Source: a virus (lineage: Duplodnaviria > Caudoviricetes). From it: DNA of 64,000 nt. The DNA lies in IMG/VR virus record IMGVR_UViG_2030936005_000025, positions 1 through 64,000 of that record. The stretch is one strand, 5' to 3'. Each line of letters begins with the position of its first letter. The stretch's first letter is position 1. Below the pieces are notes generated by a model. The model worked only from the letters and a program-made list of their open reading frames with translations. It searched no databases and had not been told where the DNA came from. The position numbers and the translations under genes were made by a program. Positions 53,040 to 60,881 of the stretch are shown here, piece after piece.

Positions 53040-53387
53040 TTATTGGGTGATCTCGCCACCATTCAAATAACGTTCTCCCACAGACGTTCCCCAGTCATTA
53101 CTACAATGGGTAAATCCGTTGGCTGTTTGACATTCCAGATAAACCATACGACCTATCTGAACATCACCGATAATCTTCCCTGCATGGCGTGTGCCGTTTG
53201 TTTCGACCACACCAAGGCAAGTAGACGAGACTCGAGTCGCGCTGCTGTAGCACGATTCTAGCGCCGCAATTTTGCCTTTAACGAAATGCTGACCAGTCGT
53301 GTTCTCAGCCATGGCATGAGGAGTATCCATCATTACGCCCATACCGATCATGCCCAAAGCCACAATAAGAACAACTGCACGTTTCAT
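53040..53387 (-). CDS. Secreted protein with 4 Cys
   Basis: Signal-peptide-like N-terminus ending HAMA, GAGG RBS. Confidence 0.7.
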   Translation of the reverse strand: MKRAVVLIVALGMIGMGVMMDTPHAMAENTTGQHFVKGKIAALESCYSSATRVSSTCLGVVETNGTRHAGKIIGDVQIGRMVYLECQTANGFTHCSNDWGTSVGERYLNGGEITQ

Positions 53388-53418
53388 TTTCTTTCCTCTG
53401 TAGGAGAACTGCGATTAA

Positions 53419-53967
53419 TTAAATAGCTTGTTGAATTTTGTCGAACTCATAAACCCATGACGGGTCTTGGAATCCTTTCGACGGTGTTCCAATCGCGCCA
53501 AAGTAAACGGGAGCTTGTTCACTTGGAATCATGGCAATATCCCAGGCGATCTCACGATGATCGGGGATCCCCACAACCCACATACCGTCTTTGGTTTGAG
53601 TCAAGGTTCCGGATCGGACAACACCTTCACCTTTAGGATCCAACGTCTTGATAGGAGGATGAATACTCTTACCATAGATGTTGATTTCAGTAAGAAGTTC
53701 TTCCACTTCGTCACGACTCAGATCAATCAGGGCGTTACACTCCACCGATGACTTTGTCGTAAAGACACATTTCTCTTCGCCATTAACTTCTCTTAATTCA
53801 ACACCAACTAAATCGCAATAGTCGTTAAAATAGAGAGTCTTTGGCTTATGACCTAAAAGGTAACAAGCAAGGAAGATAGATAATAACGTTAACTGCTCGT
53901 CATTAAGATTTGCACGATAGTTACTTGTCTCTAACACATGAAGAGTTCTGGTCCAAATGGTATTCAT
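53419..53967 (-). CDS. Hypothetical protein, paralog family X
   Basis: EQLTLLSIFL..HKPKTLYF. Confidence 0.65.
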   Translation of the reverse strand: MNTIWTRTLHVLETSNYRANLNDEQLTLLSIFLACYLLGHKPKTLYFNDYCDLVGVELREVNGEEKCVFTTKSSVECNALIDLSRDEVEELLTEINIYGKSIHPPIKTLDPKGEGVVRSGTLTQTKDGMWVVGIPDHREIAWDIAMIPSEQAPVYFGAIGTPSKGFQDPSWVYEFDKIQQAI

Positions 53968-54446
53968 ACTTGACCTCTGTGGAGTGCTTTGAACTTATAA
54001 CGAGAGAAGTTACTCTTACCCATAAACTTCTCACCGCAAATAACGTAGAACTCGTTTTCCTTTTTATCCAGCTGTAACGCCACAGGAAGCAAGCTCTCGT
54101 TGTTTTTGTCGAAGTAACCCAATGTGTTATTGACATAACGAACGCTGTTTACAGCGTGTTCTGGGGTACTCATTTCCGATGGGAATGTGAAGTAAGGCAT
54201 GAGTGTGTGCATTTCAGATGTTAACTCGATTACACGACTCACATTTAAGCAACCTTCACAGTCACCGATACGAATCACTTCACCCTCACGCCAAATGCGG
54301 AACTGATTGAAAACCAGACTCGGTGGCTTTTCATGGTAAGCGAGAACAGACCAGATGATAAACGCAATCAACTGTTCCATGGTGAATTCGACTTTCTCAT
54401 CACGAGGCATGTCCAATTCATATTTGGTAATACGGGAAAGTAACAT
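53964..54446 (-). CDS. Hypothetical protein, paralog family X
   Basis: EQLIAFIIW..EKPPSLVF and LPVALQLDK. Confidence 0.65.
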   Translation of the reverse strand: MLLSRITKYELDMPRDEKVEFTMEQLIAFIIWSVLAYHEKPPSLVFNQFRIWREGEVIRIGDCEGCLNVSRVIELTSEMHTLMPYFTFPSEMSTPEHAVNSVRYVNNTLGYFDKNNESLLPVALQLDKKENEFYVICGEKFMGKSNFSRYKFKALHRGQV

Positions 54447-54465
54447 AAAAAATATCTCTAATAAA

Positions 54466-54493
54466 GGTTAGGTATCCATATGGATACCTAACC
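54466..54493 (-). terminator. Perfect 28-bp palindrome, terminator-like
   Basis: GGTTAGGTATCCATATGGATACCTAACC. Confidence 0.7.
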
Positions 54494-54499
54494 GAGTTA

Positions 54500-55264
54500 T
54501 TAAGCAGGAGAGTTAGCAGAGATCTCTACCATATCGTGAAGACGCTGTTCGAACACCTGAGGAACCGCCAACTGGAAGACTTCAGGACGATCAGGGTAAT
54601 CAGTACCCCAACCGATATAGGCCTGGATGTTCTGATTTTTGAACACACGAATACCCAGCTTCCCGATCTTGCCTTCCATGTAGATATTACCAACGGCATG
54701 AACGACGTTGAATTCAATATCTTCATCAGAAGAAGTTTTCCCTTCGAACACTCTCACGCCCTGACCTGCAGGATCCCAAGCATCCTGATAAAACATGAAT
54801 TGTACCAGGTCAAGGATTGCCTGGCTGGGTTTCTGTTCATCGTCCAGGCTCAGTCTGCCCGTGCTAAGACCTACCGCCAGATTAGCGATACCGATTGACT
54901 GAGAGACCGCGTTATTACCGTTGACTTCATCGAAGCCATTGATAATGTCCTCATTCATGCGGGTCAGATCACAGTCACCCATTTCTTCATACTGATGCGC
55001 CATCTTCAAACGAAGATCAGAATCAATGTCGAAACGGAAGATCGGTTTGAGATCAACCGGACCCCTGATGATCTGATCGCGAATCGGTGCCGGTGCAGTA
55101 ACCAGTTCACACGCCAGGAAGCCGATGGTCTCCCAGATGTTCTGGTTGATCGTAATAGCTTTCAGTGTATGAAGACCACTGGTCATGGAAATCGCGATCT
55201 CTGGTTGATTGGACTGAACATCGATAGCGGTCAGCGTAATCAAATCTTTAGTTCTTGACTTCAT
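54500..55264 (-). CDS. Hypothetical protein (start MKSRTK, about 254 aa)
   Basis: AGGAG RBS before the ATG at 55264. Confidence 0.7.
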   Translation of the reverse strand: MKSRTKDLITLTAIDVQSNQPEIAISMTSGLHTLKAITINQNIWETIGFLACELVTAPAPIRDQIIRGPVDLKPIFRFDIDSDLRLKMAHQYEEMGDCDLTRMNEDIINGFDEVNGNNAVSQSIGIANLAVGLSTGRLSLDDEQKPSQAILDLVQFMFYQDAWDPAGQGVRVFEGKTSSDEDIEFNVVHAVGNIYMEGKIGKLGIRVFKNQNIQAYIGWGTDYPDRPEVFQLAVPQVFEQRLHDMVEISANSPA

Positions 55265-55742
55265 GGTCGTACTCCTGAAATTGGTGGTTAACAATAGACG
55301 CTTTGAGTTTCTGATGTTTTTCATGCTTTTCGTTACTGGCTCGAATTTCCTGATTACATTCAAAGACCTTGTCATTGACAGTGGCAACGATGTCGTGAGG
55401 AATTCGACCTAAAGGATGAGCGGTTTCATCAGTACACTGCGTACCTGAATATTTCTTCCGATAAGCAAAAGGAAGATTACGACGTTTCCAGCGATAAACA
55501 ATATCTCGAACACGTGTCTGAGTATGTTTACCCTGAATATATTCCCAATCCTTATCAACAGATACCGTGATGACAACCAGTTCACCTAAGAACTGGTCTT
55601 TGAAGTGGCGCTTATAAGTCCACCACTTCATATTCCAAACCGCCACCTGAGCTTTCCACAATACAGGAAGTTTAGAATGCATAACTAAAGCGACTAACCA
55701 GTTTACTGGACTGTTCCAGAAACTCGTCTTCATTTTATTCAT
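55248..55742 (-). CDS. Hypothetical basic, Trp-rich protein
   Basis: Coupled ORF. Confidence 0.6.
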   Translation of the reverse strand: MNKMKTSFWNSPVNWLVALVMHSKLPVLWKAQVAVWNMKWWTYKRHFKDQFLGELVVITVSVDKDWEYIQGKHTQTRVRDIVYRWKRRNLPFAYRKKYSGTQCTDETAHPLGRIPHDIVATVNDKVFECNQEIRASNEKHEKHQKLKASIVNHQFQEYDHEVKN

Positions 55743-56235
55743 GTTTCTTTTCTCGAAGTTTAATGCGTTTCTCTATGCCCCAGAAATAGAAATCAAATAC
55801 ACGATCAATGTCTGCGTTAACAGCAGCTTCCGGAATGTAAGTTCCATAATCCCTGCAACGAGGTTGGCCCTTGTACATCCCGTAGTTATCAACGACACAT
55901 TCACAGTAGCGTTTGATTTCAAAAACCTCTTGATCTTCCGGGTCATGACATTTGAATATATCAGCCATGAATGCATGAAAGAGAGGTTCCGAGCAATCTC
56001 TTACCCGAGGCATAATAAGTAACCAGCCACCTGGAGCACTCCAAGTCACTGGAACGAGATACTGGGAATCAGGATAGCTTCTAGAGAGCATGGCCTCATT
56101 GAGATTAGCCAGTAACCCTCTTAAGAAACTGTTCCACTTTTTCCAGTTAGGAACTTTGATAACGAACGTATCAAAGATAAAGACGATACGGGTACTCCCA
56201 TACCGCCTCTTCACTGGAAAGCCAAACACTACCAA
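55735..56235 (-). CDS. Minimal protein-kinase-like protein with a variant catalytic loop
   Basis: GSTRIVF..FVIKVP (beta3 Lys), NLNE (alphaC Glu), LLIMPR, ECVVDNYG, RDYG. The start may be the GTG at 56229. Confidence 0.6.
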   Translation of the reverse strand: MVVFGFPVKRRYGSTRIVFIFDTFVIKVPNWKKWNSFLRGLLANLNEAMLSRSYPDSQYLVPVTWSAPGGWLLIMPRVRDCSEPLFHAFMADIFKCHDPEDQEVFEIKRYCECVVDNYGMYKGQPRCRDYGTYIPEAAVNADIDRVFDFYFWGIEKRIKLREKKHE

Positions 56236-56582
56236 ATACCCAACAGCAGGATTTCAACATTACGACACGACTTATAAACGTCGTTGGTGAAACCCACAGT
56301 CTGGCGCAGATACAACATGGACAGTTTGTCCTGCAGTGTCATACCAGACAGGTTGATGTTCATCAGGCCTTTTTCCAGAGCCACGCGGAGTGCTTGGTCA
56401 ACAACATCTTCCACCATGATGCGGAAGTGTTTGTCGAGCACTGAATCAACTGCCTTGTTTTGAGAAATGGTTGGAGAGAACCCGTTTAACTTCTCTCCTT
56501 CAAACTCGGCTTCTAACTTGAGTTCAACACTGAACTCGTCGTGGTGTTCTTCATAACGGGTAAACTTTAATACGTGTAACAT
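56229..56582 (-). CDS. Hypothetical protein, 117 aa
   Basis: TAATG-coupled ORF. Confidence 0.65.
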   Translation of the reverse strand: MLHVLKFTRYEEHHDEFSVELKLEAEFEGEKLNGFSPTISQNKAVDSVLDKHFRIMVEDVVDQALRVALEKGLMNINLSGMTLQDKLSMLYLRQTVGFTNDVYKSCRNVEILLLGIW

Positions 56583-57238
56583 TAGACGGTCTCCTCGATC
56601 ATATTAGTTTTAAGTGCTTTACTATTGACCAGTGAGAATTTCTCACCAGCGATAGCACGCAGGATTTTCTCGGCGGTGCAGGTGCATACTTCAGGGTTAA
56701 TTGCTGCAAAGTCATTATTGACCTTGAACAAAGAACTTATTATGTCATCTTCCATCAGGTCCATACGGAGACCATCTCCGTAATTAATGTAATACCCATA
56801 GAAGACATAATTCTCTTCCGTTAAACCTTCATCTGTGCCGATGATCGAGTTCTTTAGAAGTTGAATATTTTCTTCTGCTGCATCCCCAACTTCATTTAAG
56901 AGTGCGTCGGGAATTTGCATAATAGATGGAACCACTTCCATCTTTCCATCTACATCAAAGAAATGATACACAGCGAACACCCAATCACGGCGCTCGCCAT
57001 AAAAGAATTTGGTCATCTCTTGCAGGCCAACATTTAAGGCACTGCCTCTCAGCATCATGTTGACTTCACTGAGGTGGAACGACATCGGGTCGTGGTTCAT
57101 ATCCCCGATCATATAAAACTTGTTGATCGCAGTATTCAGTACATGTGCAACTTGTTTGGTCATTGCTTTTACTGGACTGTACTTCTTATTGCGTGGTGCT
57201 TTAGTCTTTGCCATTTTACTACTTTCCTTCTTTGTCAA
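56582..57238 (-). CDS. Hypothetical protein, 218 aa, basic N-terminal arm
   Basis: KTKAPRNKKYSP followed by an acidic globular part. Confidence 0.7.
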   Translation of the reverse strand: MTKKESSKMAKTKAPRNKKYSPVKAMTKQVAHVLNTAINKFYMIGDMNHDPMSFHLSEVNMMLRGSALNVGLQEMTKFFYGERRDWVFAVYHFFDVDGKMEVVPSIMQIPDALLNEVGDAAEENIQLLKNSIIGTDEGLTEENYVFYGYYINYGDGLRMDLMEDDIISSLFKVNNDFAAINPEVCTCTAEKILRAIAGEKFSLVNSKALKTNMIEETV

Positions 57239-57264
57239 TTTTAATATGAGGTCGTCCAGAAAAA

Positions 57265-57510
57265 TTAATCTTTCCGAACACCTGCTTTTGGTTTGGTGAC
57301 TTCATAACCCAACCAACGAGTCAGGAGATCAATTTTACCTTTCACTGCAGCGATCTGCATTTCAGGAGCTTTCTTAGCAACCAGCTTCTCCAGCTGCTTT
57401 TCCAGCCTTTTGATTTTGATCTTTCTGTCACAATCGGACATGTACTGTGCTTCGATAATGTCAGGGTGATGCTTCAGGCTGTTTATTGTACTGATAGAAA
57501 TTTGTTCCAT
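57265..57510 (-). CDS. Hypothetical basic protein, 81 aa
   Basis: GGAG RBS. Confidence 0.65.
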   Translation of the reverse strand: MEQISISTINSLKHHPDIIEAQYMSDCDRKIKIKRLEKQLEKLVAKKAPEMQIAAVKGKIDLLTRWLGYEVTKPKAGVRKD

Positions 57511-57526
57511 GGTTTACTCCAGGGAC

Positions 57527-57751
57527 TTATTTAGTGGATTGTTCTTTGTGGTTAAGTTCAGCGAGTGCCTCAATTCGGGATGCGAACATAGCGACATCGG
57601 TGTACATACCAGCAAGCAACGCTCGACGGATGTCACCCATATGGTAACCGATCATGGTATCACGCTGTGTGGTAGTCATGTTCTTTGGATCAACACCGAC
57701 AACACGTCGTGCTACGCGACGACCAATTGGTAATACTTCCTTTCTAGCCAT
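57527..57751 (-). CDS. Hypothetical protein, 74 aa
   Basis: AAGGA RBS. Confidence 0.6.
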   Translation of the reverse strand: MARKEVLPIGRRVARRVVGVDPKNMTTTQRDTMIGYHMGDIRRALLAGMYTDVAMFASRIEALAELNHKEQSTK

Positions 57752-57754
57752 AAC

Positions 57755-57958
57755 TTATCCTTTATACATTTCGTTCAGATCACGGTGAGTGCGACGTGGA
57801 TTGTTGTAAGCAACGGTGCCATTGTTCTCTGCTTTAACACGAGCCAGGATGCGCAGCTGTTCTTCGATGGTCACTTCGGTTACTTTAATGGTAGAAGTGG
57901 TTTTAGCATCTTGACGAGCCAGAACGCGTTTCAGTACTGCAGCGAAATTATTTTTCAT
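57755..57958 (-). CDS. Hypothetical protein, 67 aa
   Basis: GAGGA RBS. Confidence 0.6.
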   Translation of the reverse strand: MKNNFAAVLKRVLARQDAKTTSTIKVTEVTIEEQLRILARVKAENNGTVAYNNPRRTHRDLNEMYKG

Positions 57959-58178
57959 TTGAATCTTCCTCTATATAACAGTCAATACAATAGTCCTCCC
58001 ACTGTCCGTAGACTTCCGTGGAAGATAAGGGGCGACCACAATCCGAACATTTGCTGTAAGGCTTGTTGTCAATAAGTGAACGCTTTACGGTCTCGTTCAT
58101 TTGACCTGCTGACAATCGAAGATTATTGATCCTGCGAGTTACAGCACTTTCCAATACACTACCAAAGAGTTTAGCCAT
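57948..58178 (-). CDS. Zinc-ribbon protein (start MAKLFG, about 76 aa)
   Basis: CSDCG...CIDC. Confidence 0.6.
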   Translation of the reverse strand: MAKLFGSVLESAVTRRINNLRLSAGQMNETVKRSLIDNKPYSKCSDCGRPLSSTEVYGQWEDYCIDCYIEEDSNEK

Positions 58179-58179
58179 G

Positions 58180-58398
58180 TTAGTACCACGGCTTTTTGGT
58201 AGGTTTAACATCCAGGTTTGGTGTCATTCGTTTGAAATAAACAGGAACGAAGAACACCACTGCAACTGTACCAACGGCAAGCCAGCCCAAGATATCATGG
58301 TCACGGATATTAAACCCTGACGCGATATAACTTGCGATGACCATTCCAATACAAATAGATGCAACCAACCACACTAATACCAACAATACTGTTTTCAT
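58180..58398 (-). CDS. Small two-TM membrane protein
   Basis: 72 aa, two hydrophobic runs. Confidence 0.65.
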   Translation of the reverse strand: MKTVLLVLVWLVASICIGMVIASYIASGFNIRDHDILGWLAVGTVAVVFFVPVYFKRMTPNLDVKPTKKPWY

Positions 58399-58607
58399 TT
58401 ACTTATCTTCCCAGATTGAATACCAGAGATGACAGAATGAGAACCGTACATTTTACTAACACGAATATACGCCTCATACTCTTCATCTTTTACTTTCTCG
58501 AGGTCATAAATCTCAAGAATGATTTCGTTTGCTTTAAGACGATCTCCATAAGCACGCGCTTTACGAAGATCCGTATTTAACTGATCAAGATGTTCCTGTC
58601 TTGTCAT
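58395..58607 (-). CDS. Hypothetical protein, 70 aa
   Basis: Coupled ORF. Confidence 0.6.
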   Translation of the reverse strand: MTRQEHLDQLNTDLRKARAYGDRLKANEIILEIYDLEKVKDEEYEAYIRVSKMYGSHSVISGIQSGKISK

Positions 58608-59191
58608 TCCTCTTTCTTTCCTGGATTAAATATGTCACGTTGTTTAGGTTCGCACCCAGGTTGCGACTGCTGATGTATGGCTTCAGAACCCATTCTGTCA
58701 AGTAGGATATGGTGTTCTATAGCCGCTTGTGTTTTAAACATATCGACCCTAGCTTCGCCATCTGGATAAGTCGTAGTAAGAGTTGGGATAGGTGTCCGTC
58801 TAGCACGTTCTTGGTTAAACCGTTTAATCAATTTAACAAGACGATTTTTAACATTATCAATATCGTCTTCATTGATGATAACAGTAGTATTGTCCCGGAT
58901 GTTTGGGAACACTTTGATGATGTAGACATCGCGATGAGTTGCTTTTTGTTTTTCAACAAAAGAAATTGTTATTTTAGAGACTGTCTTTTCACAGTTCCGA
59001 CTTTCATTGCCGGCGGATTGTTTTTCTACATCCAGCTCTAACTCTGGATTTTTAGGACCCACTTGATCTAAACCGTGATTGAGTAGTTCCAGAACTTTGA
59101 TTGCCTGATCGATACTAGCAACGCGCAAACGAAGTTTACGGTCATCGGTGATGTGAATCTCACGGACATGATGATCAAAAATGTTTTTCAT
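58604..59191 (-). CDS. Hypothetical protein, 195 aa
   Basis: Coupled ORF, GAGG RBS. Confidence 0.65.
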   Translation of the reverse strand: MKNIFDHHVREIHITDDRKLRLRVASIDQAIKVLELLNHGLDQVGPKNPELELDVEKQSAGNESRNCEKTVSKITISFVEKQKATHRDVYIIKVFPNIRDNTTVIINEDDIDNVKNRLVKLIKRFNQERARRTPIPTLTTTYPDGEARVDMFKTQAAIEHHILLDRMGSEAIHQQSQPGCEPKQRDIFNPGKKEE

Positions 59192-59320
59192 TTACTCTTC
59201 CTCAGTTTCAATTGTTTTACCGATACGATGCCAACAGCTGTAACACCAAACATCATAGATGCCGAAAGTCTCATCGTCACAAAGTTTACAACCACATGCC
59301 CTGCAATTTTTATAGATCAT
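59192..59320 (-). CDS. 42-aa zinc-ribbon protein missed by the ORF track
   Basis: MIYKNCRACGCKLCDDETFGIYDVWCYSCWHRIGKTIETEEE, GAGG RBS, stop abuts the next ATG. Confidence 0.7.
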   Translation of the reverse strand: MIYKNCRACGCKLCDDETFGIYDVWCYSCWHRIGKTIETEEE

Positions 59321-59334
59321 GACAACCTCTTAAT

Positions 59335-59352
59335 GAGGGAGTTTCCTCCCTC
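59335..59352 (-). terminator. GAAA-tetraloop hairpin
   Basis: GAGGGAG-GAAA-CTCCCTC on minus. Confidence 0.5.
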
Positions 59353-59364
59353 CATCAGAATAGC

Positions 59365-59859
59365 TTATTTGTTACCGTCAACATCAGGTTGATAATTCTG
59401 ACGATGGTTCAGGTCAGTTTTACCTACCGGAGAAGATTTAGTTGGTTTCCTGATATCAGCAAAAGCAACATCTGGATGAAGACCAGGATGACCGTTACCT
59501 TTAAGGTTAACGCGACCATCAGGAGAATGTTTCTGATGACGATTACCTTGCTTGGTAATTGACATCTGTTCAGCCCATGATGGGTTAACAACCGGACGCG
59601 GACTAACAACGACGTTCCGTTCTTTCACTGGCAGGCCCAGGGATTTGCTCAGCAGGTCGATCTTGTCCTGCACTTCATCAATCTGAGCACACAGCTCAGC
59701 CCACTGCTGACCAGAACCCTTTACACCTTTCAGTGCTTGGCGTTGTTCGCGCAGAGCTTTGACCTTGGTAATCAAACTAAAGCGTTGCTCTTTGAGCTGG
59801 TCTTTCAAAACGTTCATACGTGGAGCAGGAGTAAATGGTTTCTTAGCGGCTACGTTCAT
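59365..59859 (-). CDS. Basic coiled-coil protein (start MNVAAKK, about 164 aa)
   Basis: AAGGA RBS. Confidence 0.65.
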   Translation of the reverse strand: MNVAAKKPFTPAPRMNVLKDQLKEQRFSLITKVKALREQRQALKGVKGSGQQWAELCAQIDEVQDKIDLLSKSLGLPVKERNVVVSPRPVVNPSWAEQMSITKQGNRHQKHSPDGRVNLKGNGHPGLHPDVAFADIRKPTKSSPVGKTDLNHRQNYQPDVDGNK

Positions 59860-59896
59860 ACTGGTCTTTCCTTCTATCAATAAGTGGTTGGGTTAA

Positions 59897-60055
59897 TTAA
59901 ACGAGTGATTCTAAATCTTTGCGCACTACACGGGCTATTTCCATTAGCCTGTCATGTTCTTCTCCTTCAGCTTCTTTGAGTTTCAGCTGCAGAGTACCCA
60001 GACGGTCAGCGAGTTCAATCATAATGGCATTGACTTCTGCTGTTTTACTATCCAT
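59897..60055 (-). CDS. 52-aa helical protein missed by the ORF track
   Basis: MDSKTAEVNAIMIELADRLGTLQLKLKEAEGEEHDRLMEIARVVRKDLESLV, AAGGA RBS, first ORF after promoter F. Confidence 0.7.
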   Translation of the reverse strand: MDSKTAEVNAIMIELADRLGTLQLKLKEAEGEEHDRLMEIARVVRKDLESLV

Positions 60056-60082
60056 AACAAATCCTTAAATATTTGGTTTACT

Positions 60083-60118
60083 TACACTTTAATAATATCG
60101 AACTAAAAAATAATGTAA
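60083..60118 (-). promoter_or_regulatory. Phage promoter-like motif, copy F
   Basis: TTTTTTAG-TTCG-ATATTAT-TAAAG-TGTA, 28/29 identical to copy A. Confidence 0.65.
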
Positions 60119-60126
60119 GTGAAAAG

Positions 60127-60150
60127 GGACGAGAGCTTTCGCCCCCGTCC
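60127..60150 (-). terminator. Intrinsic terminator
   Basis: GGACGGGGGC-GAAA-GCTCTCGTCC followed by CTTTT on minus. Confidence 0.8.
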
Positions 60151-60157
60151 TTTTTAA

Positions 60158-60865
60158 TTAATGAATTGAGTAATCTTCCTTGGGGAGAACCACATACATC
60201 CCGCTTTCTTCATCCTTAACCAGGTAGTCACCTTTCTCAGGTGCCCAGTAGATTTTGTTGCGGAAGTAGATGAGTTTCTCCAACTCTACTTCATATTCCT
60301 TACCGTTAGCTACAACGAAACATGACTTAACCTTGGGTTGGTCAAAGTCATCAATCTGCCCCAGGAATGTGTACTTGTTGGCTGCGATAAACTCGCCGGC
60401 GACAAATTCATTGCAAAGAGGTTTCAGTGTAACTACGATAACAGGAATGTCAGAACCTTCCAGTTTAAGCTCAAACGTGTACTGTTTCTTGTAGTGAGTG
60501 TCGACCAGGTTTTTCATTTCCTTTTCGATACCGTCTACGAACTCTTTCCACTGTACACTATCAGGAACATGTTCCTCATTGATACTGCTGTTGAGATGCG
60601 GAGCACAGTCCAGGTTATACAGGAAGTCCAGCGCACTATCCAAAGCACAAGTTGGATAGGATTCATAAGGGCGCAGGCAACCTACATCACCAGAAACAAT
60701 TGTACTCGTCATCCCTACCCAGGCGTTGCTTTGTCCCAATGCACGTCGGAAGTCAACCTTGGCTTCACCAGATACATGGACTTGAAGGTTACCGAAAGTA
60801 CTCATGAGCTTCAACAACTCAGCGGAGATATTACGGTTATAGACTTCCGTATCAAAGTCTGACAT
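60158..60865 (-). CDS. Hypothetical protein, 235 aa
   Basis: AAGGAG RBS. Confidence 0.7.
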   Translation of the reverse strand: MSDFDTEVYNRNISAELLKLMSTFGNLQVHVSGEAKVDFRRALGQSNAWVGMTSTIVSGDVGCLRPYESYPTCALDSALDFLYNLDCAPHLNSSINEEHVPDSVQWKEFVDGIEKEMKNLVDTHYKKQYTFELKLEGSDIPVIVVTLKPLCNEFVAGEFIAANKYTFLGQIDDFDQPKVKSCFVVANGKEYEVELEKLIYFRNKIYWAPEKGDYLVKDEESGMYVVLPKEDYSIH

Positions 60866-60881
60866 GATGACAGCTCCTTTA

